Below, piece after piece: positions 44,018 through 55,295 of a stretch of 64,000 bases of DNA. Both the position numbers and the translations under genes were made by a program. The stretch is from Nitrosopumilus sp. Its GTDB lineage: Archaea; Thermoproteota; Nitrososphaeria; Nitrososphaerales; Nitrosopumilaceae. The notes below the pieces were generated by a model, which saw nothing but the letters and a program-made list of their open reading frames with translations, did no database searches and was not told the DNA's origin. The DNA lies in the NCBI GenBank assembly GCA_965205675.1, contig OZ242186.1, forward strand, positions 1,472,001 to 1,536,000, written 5' to 3'. Position 1 is the stretch's first letter; each line of letters begins with the position of its first letter.

Positions 44018-44254
44018 ATGTCACAAAGTCAAAAATCCATAAATTTGAAGTTCAAATACAAACCATCCAGCAATGGTTTTATCGCACAAGGCATCGAACT
44101 TCCCGCAATACTTGTAGAATCTGAAAATGAGGAACAATTAATGAAAGATCTTGACACAGCGACAGACTGTTTCTTTGATTCGTTCCCAGAAGAAAAACAA
44201 AAATTTGTTCTTGCAGAAAGTGAACAGATAACTAAACTGGAAAAACGCATCTAG
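44018..44254 (+). CDS. HicB-like antitoxin
   Basis: GFIAQGIELPAILVESENEEQLMKDLDTA resembles the HicB partial RNase H fold. Confidence 0.6.
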   Translation: MSQSQKSINLKFKYKPSSNGFIAQGIELPAILVESENEEQLMKDLDTATDCFFDSFPEEKQKFVLAESEQITKLEKRI

Positions 44255-44260
44255 TAAAAA

Positions 44261-44497
44261 TTGACAAATACCCATAACTGGAATCAGATTCATAAACTTT
44301 TAATTGATAAATTAGGGTATAGACAAATCATTTCTTCTTTTCAATCTAATATGATCTCTTATAAGAGCCCTAATGGCAGAAAAATTATTATTAAAAAATC
44401 AAATTCAATGAGTGTGGAATATGTTCAGTCCATATGTCTGCATGTTGGGTATGACTATGTTGCATTTGTAGAATTTTATTCCAACACAAATTCTTGA
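44261..44497 (+). CDS. HicA-like toxin
   Basis: Helix-LGY-beta3-helix layout, directly downstream of the HicB-like ORF. Confidence 0.5.
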   Translation: MTNTHNWNQIHKLLIDKLGYRQIISSFQSNMISYKSPNGRKIIIKKSNSMSVEYVQSICLHVGYDYVAFVEFYSNTNS

Positions 44498-44540
44498 GAA
44501 ATATTATTTTATTTCTTATTAGATTTTGTAATTTTAATAG

Positions 44541-45005
44541 TAGAGCGACGATCAAAAGTTCGTGAACATTTTTGCAGGATTTCTAAAGATATAATTTGCA
44601 ACATCAAGCTTGAATCTTGTCATTCTAAAATATTTTGACACTGCATCATTCATCATCGTAAACATTGCATAATATTCTGAAACCAACAACGCATACTCTC
44701 TAACAAAATTTTATGAACTATTGATCTGATTTATTTTACCAAATGCCATATTGATCAAAACATTACACATCAAACCATGAATAATCAAAAATTAATTCAA
44801 GCATACAAAGATGAAAAGAACGTCAAGGTAAAAGAAAGGCTATTTTTGATAAAGCGAGTATTACTTGAGAACCAAATTGCATCACATGTTGCAAAGAATC
44901 TTGGACGTGTACGTTCATGGGCATACAAATGGTTAGATAGATTTGCAGAATGTGGAATTGCAGTACTGCAAGACTTGCCTAGAACTGGCAGATCAACTAA
45001 CATAC
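44541..45005. mobile_element. Two IS630 fragments
   Basis: 44541-44695 matches about 6246-6400; about 44696-45005 is an inverted copy of the 5' part of 40450-41543. Confidence 0.85.
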
Positions 45006-45009
45006 TAGA

Positions 45010-45224
45010 AAAATTGTAAATTACGTTAAAATTTATGAGGTGCAAGACCTCATCTGTTAATTGTGAATAATTCTAATGAACAGATAAAGATAGCATTGAT
45101 GATATGAATCTCGCAGAGATACATGTCTGCGCATCTTTTGTTTGGAACCATTCCCTAGTAAAAGCTATGATCTGATGTTTGAAAAGAAAGAGCGTATAAA
45201 AACAATTCACATGGATAATTATAG
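45010..45224 (+). mobile_element. Solo degenerate IS110 3' end with bridge-RNA remnant
   Basis: Shares GATAGCATTGA, GATACATGTCTG and GTATAAAAACAATTCACATGGATAATTATAG with the reverse complement of 29171-29388. Confidence 0.8.
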
Positions 45225-45321
45225 TTCAAAAGTCAAACTGTCAAAAAATGAATGGGTTTTTTAACCCTAACCAATGATTCTAGGATTTCAATTTAATAAC
45301 TAGTCAATCTAATTTTAAAAA

Positions 45322-45855
45322 ATGTCCCAAACAGAAGCCAGAAAGACCCTAAAAGACGCACCAGTAATGTGGAGAAGAATCAACTCCATAGGCATGATTT
45401 TAGACTGTAATTCAACATATGCTGCAAATTTAGGATATGCCAAATCTGAAATTTTAGGCAAGCCAATTTTTGAACATGTTCCAAAAGAATCATGGGAAGA
45501 CATGAATAATTCTCTAAAAACATGGTTTGAGACAGGTAAAGTTACAGATAGGAAAATGACATTCAAAAAACAAAACGGAGATACTTTTTTAGGATTATTA
45601 CAAGCAACTAGTCTTTATGATGAAAATAAAAATTTACTCGGAAGCAATACAGTAATTTTTAATTTAAAGGAAATAACAGATGAGAAAATAAAAGAATATC
45701 AAAACTTTTTCAAAGAATCAAATTTCAAATTAGATAAAATTAAAGAAACAGAATATGATCAGTTAGATGAAAATTCAAAATCAGAGCATAATGGATTGAA
45801 AAAAATGTTTGAGATGTTATCTGCAATCAATTTTAACGAATTAAAAAATAATTAA
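45322..45855 (+). CDS. PAS-domain protein
   Basis: GMILDCNSTYAANLGYAKSEILGKPIFE...KKQNG PAS/PAC pattern. Confidence 0.85.
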   Translation: MSQTEARKTLKDAPVMWRRINSIGMILDCNSTYAANLGYAKSEILGKPIFEHVPKESWEDMNNSLKTWFETGKVTDRKMTFKKQNGDTFLGLLQATSLYDENKNLLGSNTVIFNLKEITDEKIKEYQNFFKESNFKLDKIKETEYDQLDENSKSEHNGLKKMFEMLSAINFNELKNN

Positions 45856-47774
45856 TTAGAATTTTCTTTGATTGATTTTTGTAGTTCATCAAAAACTTGT
45901 TTAACTTCAATTACTGCAGTACCATCTTCTAACGTACTTACATCTCCAATTTGTTCGTTGTTACCTATTGCTTTTAGCAATCTACGCATAATTTTCCCAC
46001 TTCGGGTTTTTGGTAATTTTGAAACAAAATAAATTTGTTTGGGAGTTGCAATTGCCCCAATGTCAGATCTAATCTTTTCAACTAGTTGTTTTTTTAAAAT
46101 TATAAAGTCAGTTGTAACGCCTTGTTTTAAAACTACAAATGCAATTATCACCTCACCTTTTATTTCATCAGGAATTCCACAAGCTGCAGATTCTGCAACA
46201 TCGGAATGAGATATAATGCAGCTTTCAAGTTCAGTTGTTCCAATTCTATGACCTGCAATTTTGAGTACATCATCTGCACGTCCCAATAACCAGAGATACC
46301 CATCATCATCTTTTAGAGCATAGTCACCAGGATAGTAGCAATTCTCATATTTTGACCAATAAACTTTCTTGTATTTTTCATCATCATTCCACAAAGTCAA
46401 AAGCATTCCAGGCCAAGGGTTCTTGATGACAAGATATCCCTTGACATTTGCAGGTACTTCGGCACCATTCTCATCAACTACAGTGATATTGACGCCTGGA
46501 ATTGGACGGGTACCAGATCCAGGTTTTAGCGGAATAGTCTCAAGGCCAGGAAGTGAAGAGATCAACATACCACCAGTTTCAGTTTGCCACCAAGTATCAA
46601 TGATTGGGCATTTTTCTTTTCCAATGGTTTTGAAATACCATTTCCAAATTTCAGGATTAATTGGTTCGCCAACAGTTCCAAGCAATCTTAAATTTGAAAG
46701 ATCAAATGAATTTGGAATATTATCTCCAAATTTCATAAACATTCTCAATGCAGTAGGAGTAGTGTAAAAGATTGTTACGCCATATTTTTGTAAAATATTC
46801 CACATACGTGAGGCATCAGGAAAATCAGGTGCGCCTTCATATATTACTTGAGTTGCACCATGAAGCAAAGGGGCATATACAACATAGCTATGTCCAGTCA
46901 CCCATCCAATATCAGCAGTGCAAAAAAAGATATCAGAGTCTTTAATATCAAAAGCCCATTTGAATGTAGAATGTATATGTGTTAGATAACCACCAGTTCC
47001 ATGTAAAACACCTTTAGGTTTTCCAGTAGTTCCTGACGTATACAAAATAAACAAAGGGTGATCACTAGGCAAGTCTTCAGCAACACATGAATCAGAAACA
47101 TCATCCATCAAAGTTGTCCAAAGTTTATCTTTTGGAGATATTAAGATCTTATTTTTTGTTCTCTCTAAAACAACAACGTGTTCTATAAAATCAAGTTCTT
47201 TAACTGCATCATCAACAATGTCTTTGAGTGGTACAATTTTTCCTCGTCTATACCCACCATCAGCAGTAATGATTATTTTGGAGTGCGAATCATGCACTCT
47301 ATCTTTAATTGATGTTGCACTAAACCCAGAGAAAATTACAGTGTGAATGGCACCGATTCTTGCACATGCCAACATTGCAATCAGAAGTTCTGGAACCATT
47401 GGAAGATAGATAGTAACTCTATCACCTTTTTTTACATCAAGTGATTTGAGCACATTTGTAAATTTCTGGACCTGGATGTACATTTCACCATATGTAATAC
47501 TCCTAGAATCGCCATTTTCACCCTCCCATAAAATGGCAAATTTCTCAGATTTTACCCCCTGATGGACATCCAGAGCATTATACGAGGCATTAATCGTACC
47601 TCCAACGAACCATTTAGCAAAAGGAGGTTGCCAATCAAGGATCTTCTTCCAAGGTGAAAACCAAGACAAATTCTTGGCTTGTAAATCCCAAAATGAGATA
47701 AAATCAGAATCAGCTTTTTTTCTCAAAGTATCATCATTGTTTCCCAGTCCAATTTCAAATGTCTTAGACATCAA
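45852..47774 (-). CDS. acs: Acetate--CoA ligase (AMP-forming)
   Basis: YTSGTTGKPKG, DTWWQTETG, GRADDVLK, PKTRSGKIMRR. Confidence 0.93.
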   Translation of the reverse strand: MMSKTFEIGLGNNDDTLRKKADSDFISFWDLQAKNLSWFSPWKKILDWQPPFAKWFVGGTINASYNALDVHQGVKSEKFAILWEGENGDSRSITYGEMYIQVQKFTNVLKSLDVKKGDRVTIYLPMVPELLIAMLACARIGAIHTVIFSGFSATSIKDRVHDSHSKIIITADGGYRRGKIVPLKDIVDDAVKELDFIEHVVVLERTKNKILISPKDKLWTTLMDDVSDSCVAEDLPSDHPLFILYTSGTTGKPKGVLHGTGGYLTHIHSTFKWAFDIKDSDIFFCTADIGWVTGHSYVVYAPLLHGATQVIYEGAPDFPDASRMWNILQKYGVTIFYTTPTALRMFMKFGDNIPNSFDLSNLRLLGTVGEPINPEIWKWYFKTIGKEKCPIIDTWWQTETGGMLISSLPGLETIPLKPGSGTRPIPGVNITVVDENGAEVPANVKGYLVIKNPWPGMLLTLWNDDEKYKKVYWSKYENCYYPGDYALKDDDGYLWLLGRADDVLKIAGHRIGTTELESCIISHSDVAESAACGIPDEIKGEVIIAFVVLKQGVTTDFIILKKQLVEKIRSDIGAIATPKQIYFVSKLPKTRSGKIMRRLLKAIGNNEQIGDVSTLEDGTAVIEVKQVFDELQKSIKENSN

Positions 47775-47826
47775 AAAGTGTATGAGATTAGATCTTTCTA
47801 AGTGTTAAAAAAATAAATTAAAAAAA

Positions 47827-48702
47827 TTATTGTGCTTCCATTCTAGCAAGCCAATCATTATCATTATCGTCGTTTGAAGTATCTGCGGTCACCTGTTGGG
47901 GTGGTTTTGGAAATGCAAATGTTGCCTCAGATTCAGTTAGAGGTTCTTGTATAGGGGTACTAGGAGCCTCAATAGGTTCTGAAGGTATTACTGTTGATTC
48001 GATTGGTACTTCTGGAAGTATAGTCTGAACTTGTTGTGGATCAGAAGTTTCCAGATATGAACGGGCAGATTCTTGGATGTCTGGCGTTGTAGGCGCAGTT
48101 ATCTCTTGCACTTCTAATTCAAGATCTGCAATTCTACTCTTTACATTTGCGATTTCTGTTGTTTCGTGAGCAACATGCTCAATTATCTTAGTTGTGCATG
48201 ATTTTACAATCTCAAATGTTGCCTCAGAGATTTCATTGCTTTTGAATTGTACTTTGGCATCAAACAATAACATTTTTGCAGACTTCATTTGTTCATCTAA
48301 CTCAATTAACCTTGTTTCCAAAATTGCTTTGATTTCATGTTCTGTTTCATCTAATGATACAAGTTTTGACCTGTATTTTTCATGAATTATTTCTGCATCT
48401 GCTTTCATGTCATCATTTTCTGAAACAATATCAATCAACGCTTTTAGTCGACGTAGAGTTAGTTGTTTTTCTCGAATGAGTCTTTGTGAGTCGAGTCTCC
48501 ATTTTGGAATAAAAATAACAACTTCACCTTGAGCCACTAATTGTTCATATTGGATTTGCTGTAATCCTTGTGAACCGCAGTCAATGCCAACGGATTGAAT
48601 ACTTCCGTCAATATCAGTTATTGTTCCTACGACTTTACCCATGAACGTTCCGTACATGTCTTTGACATTTTTACCGATAATTTCGATATCGTCATTTGTC
48701 AT
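47827..48702 (-). CDS. cdvA: Cell division protein CdvA
   Basis: PRC-barrel IGKNVKDMYGTFMGKVVG, then a coiled coil and acidic tail. Confidence 0.85.
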   Translation of the reverse strand: MTNDDIEIIGKNVKDMYGTFMGKVVGTITDIDGSIQSVGIDCGSQGLQQIQYEQLVAQGEVVIFIPKWRLDSQRLIREKQLTLRRLKALIDIVSENDDMKADAEIIHEKYRSKLVSLDETEHEIKAILETRLIELDEQMKSAKMLLFDAKVQFKSNEISEATFEIVKSCTTKIIEHVAHETTEIANVKSRIADLELEVQEITAPTTPDIQESARSYLETSDPQQVQTILPEVPIESTVIPSEPIEAPSTPIQEPLTESEATFAFPKPPQQVTADTSNDDNDNDWLARMEAQ

Positions 48703-48835
48703 ATGAGATAGTTTAAAGATTTGTATAACCGACAAAGTGTAAGAAATATTTTTAGTTTTAGTAAGATTAAATTCACAAACTCAAGATCATCGGATTTTAA
48801 GTAATTTTAAAATCTAGAGAGAAAGTAGTAAACTC

Positions 48836-49123
48836 ATGATTCAAAAAGAAGAATTGGAACAAATTTTGAATTTTGTCGCAAGTAGATGGACTGAAGCAAC
48901 AAAGGATCCAAATAACAAAGCAATGGAGACTTTGCCAAATGATTTTTGGATGAATTCCATTGGAGGCAAAACTGCCAAAAAAGGATTATGGGTTACAACA
49001 TTGATGTATACTGAAAATGAGGCAGACGCTGAAGCATTCAAACAAGTGCTACTTAGATGGCAAGCAAAAGGTCAAGATAAAGACAAAGGACCCGATCTAA
49101 TTCAAATCGGAAAAAAGAAATAG
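48836..49123 (+). CDS. Hypothetical protein
   Basis: Clean 95-aa ORF. Confidence 0.6.
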   Translation: MIQKEELEQILNFVASRWTEATKDPNNKAMETLPNDFWMNSIGGKTAKKGLWVTTLMYTENEADAEAFKQVLLRWQAKGQDKDKGPDLIQIGKKK

Positions 49124-49155
49124 ACTATTAATAATTGTGAATCAATATATCGTTA

Positions 49156-50784
49156 TTGTCAGAGTTCTCAGTTAAAGAAAGAAAAATTCTATCAGATCAT
49201 TTTTCAAACACAAAAGACAATGTCTTTGCAATAATTACACCACAGCAAGTTGATCGCGGTGCATTGATGTCAAGATATAGTAGAACCGATAAAAGTATGA
49301 GGCAGATATTTCTCGAGGAATTTTTACAAAATAAAAATAGAGGCGAGGAATTTTACAACAGAGTACTTTTAGAGTATGGGGATGATTCAGTTGCAGAATT
49401 AGGTGAAGCACAGATTGCAATTGAAGGACTGTCAAACATTGCAGTAAAAAAAATCGAAGATAGAAGAATAGGATTATCATATTTAGAAAAATCATCAAGA
49501 TACGTTGCATGGAACAAAAAAGAAAAAGGAAAATACAGATTTTACAGAGAACCAGAAATTATGAAATCTCGTTTTGCAGATGTTTATGAAGAAACTTGTA
49601 ATTTTTCATTTGATATTTATTCAAAAAACATAAAACCAATGATAAATTATATCAGAGAAAAATATCCAATTGAAAAATATAGTTTCAAAGATTCAAAAGA
49701 TGGTAAAGAAAAATTATTTTCGAAATTAAAAAATAAATCAGATATCAAATCTGCAAATATGATTTACAAAGGTTCAACAAAAGCAAAAGCACTAGATATT
49801 CTTAGGGGATTGTTACCAGCATCAACTTTAACAAATGTGGGAATTACAGGAAATGGTAGGGCATATGAATATCTATTAACAATATTAGGCTCATCAGAAC
49901 TAAAAGAAGAACAAGATTTAGCCTCAAAAATCAAAAAAGAGCTAGACACTACAATCAAATCATTTGTCAGAAGAGCAGATGACAAATATGGTAAAGCGTT
50001 TCAAAAATACCTCAAAGATATAAAAAATAAATCAAAAATAATTACTGCAAACGAAATCAAATCAAGTCCAAAAAAAGGCACAGTTATAAAAATAGTAGAT
50101 TATGAATCAGAAAAAAATGCAATAGATAAAATTATTACAAGTATAATATATGAACAATCTCCAAGTACCGCATATCAAAATATTCTCCAACAAGTAAAGA
50201 AAATGTCAAAAGAAAAGAAAAATAAAATTATTGGCGAATTTACAAAAATTAGAACAAATAGGCGCCATAGACCATCCAGGGCATTTGAAAGTGTTTACTA
50301 TACATTTGATTTATGTAACAATTATGGAATGTTTAGAGATTTTCACAGACATAGAGCATTAACTCTTCAAAGACAGTTATTAACAACAGACCACGGATAT
50401 GATATACCAAATGAGATCAAAGTTTTAGGAATTGAAAAAGATTTCAAAGACTGTATGAATAAAACGAAAGAAGCATTTGATAAAATAAGAATAAAATATC
50501 CAGAACAAGGACAATACATAGTAAACTTTGGGTACAATTATCCATATTTTATAAAGTTTAATCTAAGAGAAGCATGTCATTTAATTGAATTAAGAACGAT
50601 TTCACAAGGGCATGTTGATTACAGAAGAGTTGCACAACAAATGTTTAAACAAATTAACAAAATTCATCCAAATCTCAGTAAAATTATGAAATATGTAGAT
50701 ATGAAAGAATACGATTTAGAGAGATTTGAATCTGAAAAAAGAACAGAAGGGAAAAGGAAAAAATTAAAAAATCGAATATCATGA
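49156..50784 (+). CDS. thyX: FAD-dependent thymidylate synthase (double-domain type)
   Basis: [23 protein letters not shown] motifs. Confidence 0.9.
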   Translation: MSEFSVKERKILSDHFSNTKDNVFAIITPQQVDRGALMSRYSRTDKSMRQIFLEEFLQNKNRGEEFYNRVLLEYGDDSVAELGEAQIAIEGLSNIAVKKIEDRRIGLSYLEKSSRYVAWNKKEKGKYRFYREPEIMKSRFADVYEETCNFSFDIYSKNIKPMINYIREKYPIEKYSFKDSKDGKEKLFSKLKNKSDIKSANMIYKGSTKAKALDILRGLLPASTLTNVGITGNGRAYEYLLTILGSSELKEEQDLASKIKKELDTTIKSFVRRADDKYGKAFQKYLKDIKNKSKIITANEIKSSPKKGTVIKIVDYESEKNAIDKIITSIIYEQSPSTAYQNILQQVKKMSKEKKNKIIGEFTKIRTNRRHRPSRAFESVYYTFDLCNNYGMFRDFHRHRALTLQRQLLTTDHGYDIPNEIKVLGIEKDFKDCMNKTKEAFDKIRIKYPEQGQYIVNFGYNYPYFIKFNLREACHLIELRTISQGHVDYRRVAQQMFKQINKIHPNLSKIMKYVDMKEYDLERFESEKRTEGKRKKLKNRIS

Positions 50785-51185
50785 CAGAAAAAATAGAAAA
50801 AACAAAAGAGGAATGGAAAGAAGAATTAACTCCAGAGCAATATGAAATTTGTATAAATCACGGAACCGAGCCACCATTTTCTGGAAAATATAATAGTACA
50901 AAACTAAAGGGTTCTTTCAAATGTACTTGTTGTGGAGAAGAACTATTCTCATCAGAGGCTAAATTTGATTCAGGTTCAGGATGGCCAAGTTTTTGGCAGC
51001 CAATATCAGAAGAAAAAATAGAATACATTTCAGACACAACATACGGAATGGTTCGTACAGAAGTGAATTGTAACAAATGTGGAGCACATCTAGGACATGT
51101 ATTTGATGATGGGCCAAAACCTACAAGCCAAAGATACTGTATTAATTCAGTTTCATTGCAACATGAAAGAGATGACAAACCATAA
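50781..51185 (+). CDS. msrB: Peptide-methionine (R)-S-oxide reductase
   Basis: [33 protein letters not shown]. Confidence 0.96.
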   Translation: MTEKIEKTKEEWKEELTPEQYEICINHGTEPPFSGKYNSTKLKGSFKCTCCGEELFSSEAKFDSGSGWPSFWQPISEEKIEYISDTTYGMVRTEVNCNKCGAHLGHVFDDGPKPTSQRYCINSVSLQHERDDKP

Positions 51186-51317
51186 TAGCTACAGATTCGG
51201 AAAGGGCATCAGAGATGAAAATATACTTAAAAATTATTAATAAAACATAATTAATGATAAAAAAATCAGGGGAGATAAAATGAATCACAATAATATAACC
51301 AAAAGGAAAGAAAGAAT

Positions 51318-52328
51318 TTGAGAATCATACTATGTGGATTTGGTCTCGTAGGTCAAAGTTTAGTAAAATTATTTCAATCTAGATCAGATGAACTTTATTC
51401 AAAATACGGGCTAAAACCGCGAGTTGTCGGAGTGTGTGACAGTAAAGGCAGTACAGTAGATCAATCAGGGTTGGACTTTAGCAAACTAGTAGAAACAAAG
51501 AAAAAATTTGGTACCGTAAAAAATTATTCAGACACACAGAATTCAATGTTAGGAATAGAAATGCTAAAAAACATCCAAGCCGATGTTCTAATTGAAACTA
51601 CTGCAAGTAATTACAAAGATGCAGAGCCAGGCATGACCCACATTATGACAGCTATGAAAAAAGGCATGCATGTAATTTCAGTAAATAAGGGACCGCTGGC
51701 ATTAGCATTCCCATCATTGTTAGAATTAGCAGTATACAACAGGGTAATGCTAAAATTCAGTGGGACCGTAGGTGGAGGCACGCCAATTTTAGATTATGCC
51801 AAGAATAGCCTAAGCGGTGAAAGAATCACATCATTTGCAGGAATTCTAAACGGTACCACAAATTACATTTTGACAAACATGGGAACAGGAGTATCTTATG
51901 AAGAAGCACTAAGAGATGCACAGGATAAAGGATATGTAGAAGCTGATGAATCATTAGATTTAGACGGACTTGATGCGGCTGCGAAACTAGTGATTCTTGC
52001 AAATTGGATAATGGGGATGAAGGTAACACTCCCAGACATTGACTGTACAGGAATACGGAAAGTTACAGTCGAAGATATTAAAAATGCCGCAAAAAATAAT
52101 TGTACAATAAAATTAATCGCATCATGTAACAAAAAACTTGTCGTAAAACCAATAGAAGTATCAAATAATGACCCATTATGTGTAAACGGAACACTAAATG
52201 CAATTGCTTTTACATCTGAGCATTCAGGAACGCAGACAATTATTGGTAAAGGGGCAGGAGGTATGGAAACAGCTAGTTCCATACTAAGGGATTTGTTAGA
52301 CATCAGACAAGAGATTGCTAGAGATTGA
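51318..52328 (+). CDS. hom: Homoserine dehydrogenase
   Basis: GFGLVG, NKGPLA, VGGGTP, GILNGTTNYIL, GAGGMETAS. Confidence 0.95.
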   Translation: MRIILCGFGLVGQSLVKLFQSRSDELYSKYGLKPRVVGVCDSKGSTVDQSGLDFSKLVETKKKFGTVKNYSDTQNSMLGIEMLKNIQADVLIETTASNYKDAEPGMTHIMTAMKKGMHVISVNKGPLALAFPSLLELAVYNRVMLKFSGTVGGGTPILDYAKNSLSGERITSFAGILNGTTNYILTNMGTGVSYEEALRDAQDKGYVEADESLDLDGLDAAAKLVILANWIMGMKVTLPDIDCTGIRKVTVEDIKNAAKNNCTIKLIASCNKKLVVKPIEVSNNDPLCVNGTLNAIAFTSEHSGTQTIIGKGAGGMETASSILRDLLDIRQEIARD

Positions 52329-52801
52329 AATCAAATCTAATTTCAAAAAGTGAAACATCTACACTTTTAAAAACAGTGTCAGAAGAATGGGGAATTAAGT
52401 TTCCTAAAATTAAAAATGTCAAAGTTTATCAGATTTTAGATGATGCACAAATCATTACCGGAAACGGAATTAAAATATTAAAAGTCAATGATGACTATTT
52501 GCCATTCTTATCCGAAGTTGGAACATTGGAAAAATTTCCAACAATAACAGTAGACATGGGAGCAGTGAAATTTATGTGTAAGGGAGCAAATTTGATGAGA
52601 CCGGGAATTAAAAAATTTACAGAATTTGATAAAGAAAAAATAGTATGCATTGTTGAAGAATCGCAACATAAATTTTTGGCAGTTGGAAAGTCAACGGTAT
52701 CAAGCTCAGAACTAGAAAATATGGAAAAAGGCGAAGTCGTAAAAAATATGCATTATATTTCAGATAGATTCTGGGAAACAGGTAAAACAATTTATGATTA
52801 A
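52325..52801 (+). CDS. PUA-domain RNA-binding protein (MCT-1/Tma20-like)
   Basis: VDMGAVKFMCKGANLMRPGI. Confidence 0.88.
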   Translation: MKSNLISKSETSTLLKTVSEEWGIKFPKIKNVKVYQILDDAQIITGNGIKILKVNDDYLPFLSEVGTLEKFPTITVDMGAVKFMCKGANLMRPGIKKFTEFDKEKIVCIVEESQHKFLAVGKSTVSSSELENMEKGEVVKNMHYISDRFWETGKTIYD

Positions 52802-52829
52802 AAATTAAATTTTAGAATTATAGAAATAG

Positions 52830-53426
52830 TTATTTTATTTCTTCAGTAAATTCTTCAGTACCGTCTTTAGTAATGATAAGCACATCTAATCCATCACCAC
52901 TTGCAGAATCTCTAAGTGCTGCAGAACGTACTGCACGTTTTGCTAAATCAATCGCTTCATCTTTAGCCATGTTTGGTTTGAATTGTGGATCTAATACACC
53001 CAAAGCTATTTCAGCTCCTGTTCCAACAGCAGCAAAATCATCAGGGAGTACTGAACCTAGAGGATCAAGAGTGTACATAATTGGCGTGTCAACAACACCA
53101 CCAACAATTACCTGAGTTAGTAATGGGAAATATCTTCGTTCATACATCATATTAGACATCATTTTTGCAACAGTGTTTGGAGGAACATCTCGTTTTAATT
53201 CCATTTTTCTAATTTTTGCAAGAGCAGAAATCTGTAATGACAGAATTTGCATATCAGCCACAAGACCTGCACAAGTTGCACCGACTTTTGGAGTAATCGG
53301 AAATGTTTTCTTTGTGGATTTACTTACAAGAAAATTACCAAATGCGATCCGTTTCTCACTGGCAAGTACTACACCACCATCAAAAGTAATTCCAACAGCA
53401 GTTGCTCCTGGCATGTACATTGACAT
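52830..53426 (-). CDS. psmB: Proteasome subunit beta
   Basis: GATAVGI, AGLVADMQ, DPLGS, RDSASGDG. Confidence 0.93.
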   Translation of the reverse strand: MSMYMPGATAVGITFDGGVVLASEKRIAFGNFLVSKSTKKTFPITPKVGATCAGLVADMQILSLQISALAKIRKMELKRDVPPNTVAKMMSNMMYERRYFPLLTQVIVGGVVDTPIMYTLDPLGSVLPDDFAAVGTGAEIALGVLDPQFKPNMAKDEAIDLAKRAVRSAALRDSASGDGLDVLIITKDGTEEFTEEIK

Positions 53427-53520
53427 ATTTCAAAGGATTTTACCGCATAATAAAGGGCTTTCTACATTTGACAGATAATTCGAGGAAAAACAATTATAGT
53501 GAAAGTATTGGAGAGTTGTA

Positions 53521-53937
53521 TTGACTACCGCAGAAATTAGAGAGAAAATTCTAAACGATATTGTCTTTATCGGTTTAAGATCTACTATCGGCGTGATCTT
53601 TATTCTTCATGGTATGTCAAAATTTAATCCGGGATTTGCAGAAAACTTGCCAAATATGGGATTGCCTGCAGAGATGCAAATTCCCATAGCTTTGGCAGAA
53701 CTAATTCCAGGAATTTTATTGATCATTGGAGTGTTAAGCAGAATATCAGCATCATTGATTTCAATAATCATGTTAGGCGCAATTTTCATAGTTAAAGGAG
53801 CATCGAGCATTACAGGAAAGGGAGGAATAGAATTTGATTTGATTTTACTTGCGTCAGCACTTGTAATTATGATTGCAGGTCCAGGCAGGATATCACTGGT
53901 ACAGACAATTAAAAAAATACCAAGATGTCTTCATTAG
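53521..53937 (+). CDS. DoxX-family membrane protein
   Basis: LRSTIGVIFILHGMSKF...GPGRISL. Confidence 0.88.
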   Translation: MTTAEIREKILNDIVFIGLRSTIGVIFILHGMSKFNPGFAENLPNMGLPAEMQIPIALAELIPGILLIIGVLSRISASLISIIMLGAIFIVKGASSITGKGGIEFDLILLASALVIMIAGPGRISLVQTIKKIPRCLH

Positions 53938-55295
53938 AACCTTCCAAAATTCTCCATAATTAGACACATGCATTTTGTAGTTTTCTTTAGCAAGTCAACT
54001 CGAGCAAATTCATTTGGAGAGTGAATTCGTGAAAACATGTATGTACTTCCAATAGAAATACAGGGAGATTTTAAAATTTCAACAAAAGGATACATGGGGC
54101 CAGTTCCAGCGTTTGAGACATTCAAAATAGAATTACCAAAAGATTTGTCAGCAGCATCTTTTATTTGTAAAACAAATGGATGTGAAGAAGAAGTCCTAGC
54201 AGCTGCCTCCCCATGATATATTTTAATTCCAATATCAGAGAATCCTTTAGATTTTAGATGTTTTTTTAATCTAGATATCTGTTTTTTTGGATCCATTTTA
54301 GGAATCAATCTAAAATCGATTTTCACTAGGGCATTTCTAGGAAGAACCGTTTTCGCCCCATCTCCAGTATAACCAGAAACAAATCCAGCAATATTACAAG
54401 TAGCGTCTCCTATCAGGGCTTTTTTTGCCTCTACTCCTTTTTTATTACCTACAAAGGAGGAAATACCAAATTCTTTCTTGAATACACTTTCATCAAATGG
54501 TTCTTTTTGAATTATTTTTAAATCGTTTTTTGAAAAAGGTAAAACCTCTTTGTACCAGTCTTTAATGAGAATTTTGCCATCTGAATCCCTAAGTGTATTT
54601 ACAGCCTCGATTAATCGCCATGCAGGATTTTTTATCAGAGCAGCTAAACTAGAGTGAGCGTCAATTTTTGATTCAGTTGCAGACAATTCTACAAAGAGTA
54701 GTCCTTTCATCCCAAGACCAATAATAGGTCTATTTTTTGCATCAACATATCCAAATTCCCAAATAACACCATCACAAGAGAATTTCTTTTGATATTTTTT
54801 TAAATAATCTTCAATGTGAGCACTGCCAGTCTCTTCTTCACCTTCGATTACAAATTTAATATTGCAAGGAACATCACCTGTTGTTTTAAGACAAGATTCA
54901 ACTGCTTTGATTCGGACAATCAATTCACCCTTATCATCAGTTGCACCTCGTCCAAAAATTTTGTTCCCTTTTCTAACACCACTAAATGGAGGATCGTCCC
55001 ATAAATCAAAAGGTTCAGCAGGCTGCACATCATAATGATTATAAAACATCAAAGTCTTTGTAGGATTTTGTTTGGATTTTATTTCACCATATACAATTGG
55101 TGCAACACCCTTCTTCAATCTTAGAATTTCAGATTTAATGCCAGATTTTTTGAGTAATTTTTGTACAAGTTTTGCACATTTTTCAATACCCTCATTTTTT
55201 GCAGAGACGCTTGGTTGACGAATTAACATTTGCAAATCAGCGATGAGATCATCCATATGAATATCAACATATTTTGTTGGAATCATTTCAGTCAT
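53934..55295 (-). CDS. M20/M25/M40-family metallopeptidase
   Basis: HYDVQP, GRGATDDKG, EGEEETGS, IHSPNE. Confidence 0.92.
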   Translation of the reverse strand: MTEMIPTKYVDIHMDDLIADLQMLIRQPSVSAKNEGIEKCAKLVQKLLKKSGIKSEILRLKKGVAPIVYGEIKSKQNPTKTLMFYNHYDVQPAEPFDLWDDPPFSGVRKGNKIFGRGATDDKGELIVRIKAVESCLKTTGDVPCNIKFVIEGEEETGSAHIEDYLKKYQKKFSCDGVIWEFGYVDAKNRPIIGLGMKGLLFVELSATESKIDAHSSLAALIKNPAWRLIEAVNTLRDSDGKILIKDWYKEVLPFSKNDLKIIQKEPFDESVFKKEFGISSFVGNKKGVEAKKALIGDATCNIAGFVSGYTGDGAKTVLPRNALVKIDFRLIPKMDPKKQISRLKKHLKSKGFSDIGIKIYHGEAAARTSSSHPFVLQIKDAADKSFGNSILNVSNAGTGPMYPFVEILKSPCISIGSTYMFSRIHSPNEFARVDLLKKTTKCMCLIMENFGRF

